From Caecitellus pseudoparvulus (taxonomy: Eukaryota > Protista > Bigyra: Bicosoecida), in contig CBFFRQ010000081.1 in assembly GCA_965644315.1 (NCBI GenBank), forward strand, positions 1 through 64,000: 64,000 bases of DNA, written 5' to 3'. A program made the position numbers and the translations under genes. The notes beneath the pieces were generated by a model. It had not been told where the DNA came from, did not search any database, and saw only the letters and a program-made list of their open reading frames with translations. Of the stretch, positions 54,801-64,000 are shown piece after piece. How positions within the stretch are numbered: the stretch's first letter is position 1; every line of letters starts with the position of its first letter.

Positions 54801-57800
54801 CCGTGGGCGAGGGGTGGCACTTGCCCTGCTGCGGCCAGAGTGGGCAGTCCCGCGCCCAGTGCTGCCAGTGCTGCCAGTGCCGCGTCCTCATCGGGTGACA
54901 CCCGCAGGAGTGAAGGGCAGGTCGCCACTGCCGCTTGAAGCGCTCCCAGCGCATCGGTGGCTGACACTTCAGAGGGGCCTTCCAGGCCAGGCTCCGTCAG
55001 GTCAGGCTGCAAGCTTGTGATGCCGGCGGCAGCTGCCGCCTCCAGCGCCCCCTGCACCTCGCCACTGCCGCTGAGCGTGGCCAAGGCCCGCACATGCTCT
55101 CGGAAGAATGCCGCGATGGCAGCAGGCACAGCCGGCGCCACATCTGCACTGTCGTCTGTCGCTGTTGCCTTGCTTGCAGAGCCCTTGCCGCCCTTCTTGC
55201 CGCCGGCTGGTGCTGCTGGGGCAGACGGCGTGGGTGGCGCGAGCAGCTCCTGCAATTCAGCAACACGCTGTTGAGCAGCCGACGTGGGGGGCAGCTCAGC
55301 ACGGTCACCCTCCTCAGCACCTGCCATGGCCGCTTCAGCCGCCAGTGCAGCCTCTGCCGTGGCCAGTGCTTCCTGCAAGTGGTCGTGGACGGCGGCAGGG
55401 GCGATGTCCATGAAGACCGTCGTGGGCCCGGCCGTACTGTTAGCGCTCAAGCCCTCTGCCACGGCGCGTGCCGCGTCCAGCAGCCCGCCTGCATATGGGG
55501 AGGTGAGCTCCGAAATGACGAGACTCTGCCATGCGTCTGCTGCCAGTGCCCGGCAGCGAACGATGCGGACAAGCAGGTCGTGGGGCAGTGTTGCGGGGGG
55601 TGCGAGGCCTGCCGGCACATCCCCGTGAGCGGGGGCCACGGCCGACTCCTCCTCCGGTGTGCTGGCGCCGCCTTTGCCGGCCGACTTCTTGCTGCTGCCA
55701 CTGCCCTTCTTGCCGGAAGCCTTCTTGTCAACGTCCGCGGCAGCTGCCTCAGCCGCAGCCGCCTCGCGCCACACGCTGACCAGCGCCTCTTCCACAGCCG
55801 CTCGCAGCTCCTCCCCACCCCCGCCCCGACGAGCCCACTCGACGCACTGCGTCAGGGACAGGCAGGGGGCGGCCAGTGCCTCTGCGGCCCCCGCCGCGAG
55901 CCTGCCGCCACCGAAGCCAGGAGGCACCAGGATGACGACATCCGTCGCCGTGCCATGTCGGCGTGGGGCAAGGGCAGGCGCCTGGGCATCTGGGAATGCC
56001 TGCAGCCAGCTGAGGACACCGCGCACAAGCTCTGCGTGTGTGCGCGCTGCATGGTCATCGCCATCCTTGCTCTCGGCGTCGTCTGCCAGCTCTGCCGGTG
56101 CCTGTTGGGCAGCGTGCAAGGCCTGTGTTGCCAGCATTTGGGGTGGGAGGCCCTCGCCTGCGCCACGAGGAGGCAGAGCCAGGTGAGAGTGAGCACTGCC
56201 GTCCTCGTAAGAGGCAGGCCTCAGCAGATCCAGGCCCCGTGAACCGCTGGCATGAGAAGTGCCGAACAACGCTGCACCCACCGCGCCAGCGATGGCCTCC
56301 TCACCGACATATTGCGAGTCAAAGTCCAGGGAGAACACCTCCACGGGGAATGTGTTGGGGTTGCGGACTGTGACAGTGGTGGAGATGGGGGCCGAGCAAG
56401 GCAGGACTGGCCCCAGGCTGGCCAGGGCCGTGGAGAACTCCAAGTCGATGGCGGATGCCTTGCCTCGCATGCTCACCGTGTACGGCGCAGGGTTGTTGTT
56501 CACTCGTAGCGGCAGGGTGGAGCTGAAGGCCCGCGGCGCACTTGGCGCAAATACAACTTGCACCAGGGTGGAGTGCCCCGGCAGCAGGCGGCCGGATGGG
56601 GGGCTGCACGCGAATGCGCCGGCATCCTTTACGATGGCGGGCGCCCCCACCGCCTTACCAAACGACCAGTCTGCCACCATGGGGCTGGGGTTGTGAAGGT
56701 GCAGGCAGACGGCCCGCTGCTGCCCCAGCAGCACCTCGCCAAAGTCCAGCCCTGATGAGGGGGCGATGTGCACTTCGGGGTAGCTCACGTGCGCATTCAA
56801 GTGCAGCATGACAGAGGGCCCGTTGTTCACGCACACCGGCACACAAACGTCCAGGGGGCCGAGGCCCACACTGCCGGCGCCTGAGGGGGGCTGCCACCCC
56901 CCTCGCGCGTGGGCAGGTGGGCCGAAGCGCTTGGCATCCGCTTTAAAGGTCATGCTGATGTTCACGGACTCCATCTCGCCCAGGCGTGTCACCTTGGATG
57001 GCTCGATGATGAAGCCGGCAGCCGTCGCGGCGCCTCGATCGAGGGTGAAGGTGGCCGGCGCGCCGCCTGTGTTGGTCACGCGGAAGGTACGCTTCACGGT
57101 GGCGCCCACGAGGACAGAGCCAAAGTCTACCTTGAATCGGCCAGCAATGAAACGTTCTGCCAGCGCGTCGCCCCGCCGCCCCCCCGCCGCCGTCCTTGAC
57201 TTCGGGCGCAGCTCATGCGTCGCAGCCAGGGCCCTGGCGTCAGTGTCTGCGGACAGGGCGTCCTCCAGGAACGCCGTGAACTGCACCCGCTGCGCTTCGG
57301 CCTCCACGTCCAGCAGCATGGCCAGCCGGGTGAGGGCACCCTTCAACGTGCTTGCCTTGTCCGAGCGGCCCCCGCCAGTCAACGGCGCAGTGCGCAGACT
57401 GCTCAAGGTTGGCAGTGAGTCCAGCAGGGCGGGAAGCGACGTCGCGCTCGCTGCCTTGACAGCTGCGCCAGATGCCACCATTGCAGTGGCCTCGGCATAG
57501 GCTGTAGCAAGGTTTGTCACACTCGGCAAGCTGGGCAGCGTGTCCACTGGCTGCAGCTCCCCGCTGCCCAGCTGCACCGCTGGCATGGCGCTGGTGCCGC
57601 TGTCGACCAGGGCTGCCTTGGCGGAAGCCAGCGCGGCCGCTCGCTCCTCCAGCGCTGCCAGCGCGCTGTCACACGCTTCAGCCCACGCCACCGACGTGAC
57701 ACGGGGAAGGTCCAAGCTGAGGGCGGGGTACACGCCTTCCCCGCTCAGCGGCATCTCCACGGGCGGGAAGTGAGCCACCTCCACGACGAGGCGCTCAGAG

Positions 57801-60800
57801 GCGGGGCCGGGAATGGTGGGCTTCAACCGCACAGCGATGCGCTGCTTGCCGCCAGGTGGCACAGTGCCGGCCATGGGCGCAGCAGCCACGATGCCTGGCC
57901 GGCTCAGCAGGTCCGTGCGCACTGCGAAGGAGTACTCCACGCGCCCCGTGTTGTGGATGTAGAACTCCCGCTCCTCCGTCGCGTCGAACTGCACCCTACC
58001 GAAGTCCAGGGCGGCACGATCCAGGCGGTACCCCAGCGTGGAGGCAGCGCCAGAAAGGGACACCTCGTACGTGGGCCCACCCTCCACTTCCGCCACGGCC
58101 GTGGCGCCAAAAGCCTGCCCCGCGTGACCGAAGAACACAAACTCCACTGCTGCTGACTCCCCTGGTGGGATGAAGGAGCGAATGGGCAAGATGTCAAAGA
58201 CTTGGTTGATGGGGATGCCCGACGAAGTGCCGCTGGGGGAGTCCAGGAACGCCCACGACAGCGCGACGTCGCGTTGGGAGGGGTTGTGCACTGTGATGGT
58301 GGTGGACTTGGTGGTGTCGTTCAGGATGGTGCCGAAGTCGATGATGTCAGAGTCCAGTTGGATGTTGGGGAAGTGCATCTCCCCCACCAACGGCACGGTG
58401 TCCCTGCTGGGGTGGTCTGCGTAGGAGATGCTCAGGGCCGTGCTGGCTGTGTGGCTCTGCCGGTCTGCCTGGTACCCCGGGTCAAACTCCACCTGCACCT
58501 CTTGCGTCTCACCCGGCTGCAGCTCCAGCGCCCGGTGCGATGCAGAGAAGGGCGGCGGCGCTTTCAGCGTCATCTGCAGCGGCAAGGACGCGACATTGGT
58601 CAGGGCCAGCGGCGCCACTTGCAGCGTGGCGGCTCGAGGGGCAGTGCCTGCCGCCACGGTGCCGGGCTGGAAGTTGTACACGAAGTGCAGCTCGGGCGGA
58701 TCAGCTGTCACCAGCGGCTGCATGAAGTTGCCCTTTGCGTTCACAGTGAAGACAGTGTGTGCAGTGCGCTCCTGGTTCACCTTGGCGGAGCACTCCAGCA
58801 CCTCGCTGAGCGCGCCAGGGCGGGCACTGCGCGCGTGGAATGTGAACAGCACTGCCGTCCGGGGCTGCAGTGTGGCTGCTGACGGTGTCACGGAGAAGGT
58901 GGGCTTTCGAGCGGCTGCAGCCTTGCCGCGGGAGGCACGTGGTGGCCCCTGCGCCGCCGCACCGCCCTTGCGGGCAGCCCGCTTGGCCTCCAGGTCTGCA
59001 TCACGCAGCGTGGCGTTGACCCAGGTGAGCGTCTGGGCCCGGCGCCCCTTGTTCTCCAGCAGGAACTGCAGGGACTGCTCTGTGTTGGTCCAGACATCCT
59101 GGAAGTCCACCGTGCTGATGTCCGCGTCGCAGTGCATGGTGGTGCCTACGCCAATGGCTTTCAGGGGCACCACGACCGGCTCCCCCTCCGTCACGAGGAT
59201 GTGCAGCTGGTCACGGTGCGGCGTCGTGTCGTCCAGCTCCGCAGACACCAGCACCGTCGTGGACTCGCCCGGCAGCAGCACACCCTCGCTCACGTCCACC
59301 TTGAACTTGGACCGCGCCCCCTTCACGAAGAGCTTGAAGGGTGCGGGGATGGTGCTTACGTTGCGCAGCTCGAGGGGGCGGGTGGAGGGAGTCAGGCACG
59401 GCACCCTGCCCCAGTCCAGGCCCCCTGGCGCGCTGGTCTCCAGGGCTGGCCCAGACCCCACCGCCCCCAGCTCCACCAGCAGTGGCGGCGCGTTCAAGCC
59501 AGAGATGCGGACGTGCAGGGGGACTGAGATGGGACCCAGCTGCATGGCTTTGAAGGACACCTCCACCTCTGTGCTGCCGCCAGCGGGCACAGTGCCGCTG
59601 GCTGGTGTGCCGCGGTACGCCCCCACGAATGCGTGGTGCTCATCCTGTGGCAGTACGGAGTACCGTGCGGGCTGTTCGCCATTGTTCAGCAGCGTCAGCG
59701 TGCGCGTGTAGGGGTATCGCAGGAAGGCGGTGCCGAAGTCCATGGTGCGCACGTCAGTCGTGACGTGCGGCACGACGCACGTGGCAGAGATGGGCAGGGA
59801 CAGCAGGTCCTCCCCCACACCCAGCACGTCCACGGCCAGGTGGTAGTCGTACGTCTTCACTGACAGCGACACAAAGTCCACTTGCACCTCGGCACAGTCT
59901 CCACCTGCAATCTCCACACGGTCGGGAGTGATGTCGAACTCCCGCTCTGTGAACGAGCCGTCCTGCGGCACCCGCAGCGCGAAGACAAACGGCACGTCCG
60001 ACGTGTTGTGCAGTTTCAACGTGCGGGTGTTCAGGAACTCGTACGGCACAGTTCCGAAGTCCAGTGACGCGACGTCAGCGTGAAACGTGGGCCCGATGAC
60101 ATGCCCCTTAAAGTGCACCCGCAAGACATCCAAGGAGCCCCGCAGCGCCACCTCGAACACCTCTGAGAACTCCCCCAGCACATCCGGCGTAAAGTGCACT
60201 GCGATGGTCGAGCTGGCTTGCACCGGCAGGTGTCCCCTAGGCGGGTCAAATGCGAAGCGGCTACCAAACGCAGTGGCGGGGGAGGCCACCGCCCAGTCAG
60301 CGGGGATGTCCCCCCTGTTCAGCAGCTGCAACTCGTACCTGTGCGAGGAGGTCACGTACACGTCCCCGACGTCCAGCACATCGTACGCGAAGACGGCCTT
60401 GGGCCCGATGCCCACGCCGCGCAGCTCCAGCGGCAGGCGCCGCTCCCGCCCCGTCACATCCAGGAAGGCAGTGATGGCGTACTCCGCCGCTGTGGGCGGG
60501 CAGAAGGAGATGGTGAACTCCTGGTACGACTGCGCCCACACTGTGCCGGAGGAGGGCTCGATGGAGAAGGCGCCGTCCGTGAACGACAGCCCGTCGCCCT
60601 CCACCTGCCGCCGCAGGTTGCGGTACTTCCGGTCCAGCGCCGACAGCTCCGCGGCAGTGGCCAGGCGCCGCTCCAGCAAGCCCTCCTCCTCCTCCTCATG
60701 CCCCATCCCCGCCTGGCCACCGCCCGCCTCCAGCGCTGCCAGGGCCGCCACGACATCAGGCCCGGCCGCATCCAGCACTGCCGTCCGCTCCGCCTCCGCC

Positions 60801-62066
60801 AACTCTGCCAACTGCACCAGCAGGCGCTGACGCTCTTCTGCCTCCTGCGCCGGCACAGCCAGGGCGCGCCAATCAAAGTGCACGGGCACCTCGCTGCGGT
60901 TGGCCAGGCGCACGGTGGTCTCGCTGCGCAGGGAGATGTACGTCGCGTCCAGGAGGGCCAGGCCGGAATCCAGAGCGACGTCCACGTCGTGGCCCTCCCC
61001 GCTGACAGCGACGAAGGCCGCGCTGCCGTCGTCGTAGCCCACACGCAACTCGCCCTCGAAGGCACGGCTGCTGGAGGGGGAGAAGGCCAGGGTCACCTGC
61101 AGGTTGCCCTTCACGGGCACAGTGCCCTGCTGGGGCGAGACTGAGAAGGGCGGCGGCACCTGCAGATCGTAGGTGGCTGGCTTGTCGCCCAAGTTGCGCA
61201 CGACGAAGGTGCGGGTGGCCTGGGACTTGACGGCAGTGGACTCAAAGACGAGGGAGTCCGGGAAAGAGAGGAAGGCACGGGGGCCCTGGGCCCTCACAGG
61301 CACCAGGAACTTCTCACGCTCCGTCACCACTGTCAGGTCGTAGGAGTAGTCCCGATACTCCTGTGGCTTGAAGGTGAGGGTGAAGGCCACCTCCATGCCA
61401 GGCGCCACGCGGCCATCGGAGAGAGCCTCCCCACTGACAGTCGTCGGGCCAGAAATAGAAAAGTATGGGGAGTCGGGTGGCACCACCCGCACGCGGCGTG
61501 CCACCTTGTCACTGTTGAGCAGCGTCAGGCGCCCAGTCACCTCGCTGAAGGGTGCGAATTCCCGGAACTGCAGCAGAGATGGGCGCGGTGCAAACAAAGG
61601 CACGTCCACTGGCACCGCTGTCGCAACTTGACTTGTGTAATCGGACATGTTCAGCAGCTGCGCATGTATGGCAGCAGTGGGGCGCCGGCGTGAGGGAGGT
61701 GCGGCATTCGAGCTAAGATCGGGCAGGGCGAAAACGATGCACTTGCCGCGGCTGCCAGGCAAGGTGGCAGCGCCCTGTCGCACGCACCTCGATGATTTCT
61801 GGCTTGTGCTCGCTGCCAATAATGGCCTTGCCAGTGATCGTGTTCAGCAGCATGCTGGGGGCCTGGGGAAAGGGGCTGGCGTGCCGTGCTGGGCAGTGCT
61901 GGCACGACGGCCAACGCTGGCCTGGCCTCACCATGTGCACGACGCCGCCAATGCCCTGCGGCAGGATGCGCGTGCCGGTCGCCGCCGCGGCACCTGGCTT
62001 CCTGCGTCGCTTTCCAGGCTGCCTCCCTGCTGCGACGGCCTTCAGGCTGATGGTGGTGGCCTGCAT
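45899..62066 (-). CDS. HYDIN: Hydrocephalus-inducing protein homolog (axonemal central-pair protein)
   Basis: >5200-aa ORF of repeated ASH/Ig-like domains (LDFG..., L.N.., F...P..G.); N-terminal PEIIE|LLNMSD..., VAPGME..F...F.P....DY..DL...TEREKF.VP; two short 5' exons inferred from ATG 62066. Confidence 0.93.
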
Positions 62067-62485
62067 GGTGCTGGCGGTGTGCCGGCGCCGACACTGGTCG
62101 GCGCAGTGCACAGCAGGGCCCTGCCTGGAAAGTGGGGACCAAGTCCTGCACACACACGTGTGTTTCTATCACTCTGGGCCTGTACTCTCTCGGCTCACAT
62201 CGGCCAGGGGCTGCGGACTCGCTTGTGTTTGAGCAGCGAGAGACAATGCAGGGCTGCTGCAGCCCCACGACACCCCTCCACAGCTGCACCTTGCCGCTAC
62301 TTCACCAACTCCCCACTGCACAGACAGCTGTGCATGGCTGCAGTACTCTGCTCAGCACACCCGCTCAGGCTCCCTGTGGTCAGGCCACCCGTCTGGCTCG
62401 TGCGCCGAGTGGCGTTTCGTCGTTGCGTTTCACGTCACCAACTCTGCCACTGTCAGTGGTGAGGTGACGGGGACCCTCGCAGCCG

Positions 62486-64000
62486 ATGAGCCACACCATG
62501 GCGTCTCTGGGCCCTTCGCCCCTGTTCTGGCACATCGCCACGACAGTGGCAGGGCTCTCCAAGAAGACCTACAAGGCCAGCGTGGAAGAGTTGGGGCAGC
62601 TGTGCTCCCTGTACGGCGTGGAAGCCAGGATCTTCCTCGTCGCCTGTCTGCTGGCTGAAGCCCGGGACACGCGTGTGCCCCCTAACAGCATGAAGGTGCG
62701 CGGCGGCAGGCTGCGCCGCCCTCCCCCGTCGCTGCACTGCACTTCCATTCCACACCATGCACCGCCCAGGCTCAACTGCTGAACACGGAGCTCAGCACGC
62801 TGGCGGCGCAGTCGAACTTCGCCTCCATCATCACTCAGGTGTGTTTTTGCCTGTGCCTGGCTGGGTGGCGCGTGTGAGCACTGTGCGCCCTGGCACTCCC
62901 GCCGCAGGCTTTTGAGGCGGCTTTTGGCATGGAGCCGCCCTCCGCCGCTGCCTCATCCCGCGCCCCCACGCTGCACTCCTCCATTTCTTCGGACTTCATG
63001 CACTCCCTCATCAAGACGGCCAAGCTGGATGCCGCCACTGCCGTCGTCATCAGCGTCGCCCTCATGCACTCCTCCCAACGCGAGGTGGCGCAGGTGCGTG
63101 CCTGCCTCACCAGCGCACTTGCCCCCAGCGCAACCCGCACCGCACCCCGCCGCCCCACACACAGGAGGGTTTCTCCACACTGCTGCCGGCCCTGGAGCGG
63201 TATGCGTCCAAGCAGGAGGGCGCCGCAGCAGCCACTGTCCCCGCGCACGTCGTGCAGACGCTGCTGTTCATCACGCGCACCCACAGCCTGTTCGTGGCAG
63301 ACCTCGCCAAGCAGCGCGAAGTGTGGGGGTACATCCAAGCCGCCCACCCAGACGTCGCGGGGGCGCCCGGCCTCTTCCCAGTCGCGCACGGCATGGTGAC
63401 CATCGTGGACAACGTGACCGTGCCGCCGCCCCTGCCTGCGGCGGGAGCTGCCGGAGGCGACGCTTCCAGCGCCTTGGCGGCAGCCCTCGCCCTGGGCTCT
63501 GGTCGCGTCGGCAGCGTGGACGTGGGGCACGCCCTGTCCATGGGCGGCGGCGCCGGCGTCGGCATCGTCGACATCCTCCTGGACATCGGCCCCCCCGCTT
63601 CCCTGTCCGCTGAGGTGTTCCGGGACGTCCTGCACTCCGCTGGCCGCGGGCGGGGCCCTGGCCTGCGCCCCCTCACCCCACGCGAGTACGCCCAGCTGTG
63701 TGTGCGCCTAGCCAACGACACGGTGCAGCGGGCAGCTGGCACGGCGCCGCCGGCTGCTCTGGGCGTCGCGACGCTCGCTGCCATCGCCCGCGCCGCTGGC
63801 CGCACCTTCAGCAGCAAGGCTGCGCGGGAGGTGACCGAGTGGAACCTGGGCGTCGTCAAGGGCGTGCTGGGGGAGGAGGGCCGCAAGGTGGACTGGGCCG
63901 CCGTCGTGCGGTGCATGGACCTGCCCCACGACCCTCTCGCCTCCCCCGCCGCCCACGCCCTGAACGTCGTCACCTCGGCACCCGCCTTTTCCTGCCTGGT
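62486..64000 (+). CDS. CNOT1: CCR4-NOT complex subunit 1, 5' part (spliced, runs off the window)
   Basis: LSKKTYKASVEELGQLCSLYGVEARIFLVACLL resembles the NOT1 N-terminus (LTKKNYRAS..EI....HG.EA..HLLRCL); later WNLGVV...VDWAAVVRCMDLP resembles a further NOT1 block. Confidence 0.8.

Noticed and set aside
15490-60830. Long antisense ORFs (e.g. 15490-17553, 38583-40424, 53256-54722)
   Set aside because: Shadow ORFs opposite real genes, expected in high-GC coding DNA.

Overview
Left end of a eukaryotic chromosome from a GC-rich, intron-poor, flagellated protist (TTAGGG telomere, short GT-AG introns, Hydin; a stramenopile-like host is my guess, not shown). Bases 1-886 are the (TAACCC)n telomere. 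Bases 887-12604 are a head-to-tail array of three related retroelement units (A, B, C), all with the 5' end towards the telomere and each ending on a short telomeric-repeat tract that starts in the same CTAACC register. Unit A (887-3809) encodes only an ORF1-like protein. Unit B (3824-12323) is a 5'-truncated non-LTR retrotransposon with one ORF (ORF1-like region with putative Cys-His-Asn protease + APE endonuclease + RT + CCHC) and a long 3' UTR holding a 154-bp tandem array. Unit C (12357-12576) is a ~220-bp 3' end. All three share a ~200-nt 3'-terminal sequence whose hairpins show compensatory substitutions. I read this as an autonomous/non-autonomous telomere-targeted retrotransposon pair, analogous to TART/HeT-A or MoTeR1/2. 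Inward lie decayed ankyrin-like genes, then SPRY/EF-hand membrane protein, P-loop NTPase, intact ankyrin-like gene, dimethylformamidase-like protein, XK-like protein, a large C-type-lectin receptor, an NSDHL/cytochrome-b5 fusion, a small membrane protein, a cupin, Hydin and the 5' part of NOT1. All assignments are by eye from motifs; no searches were run.
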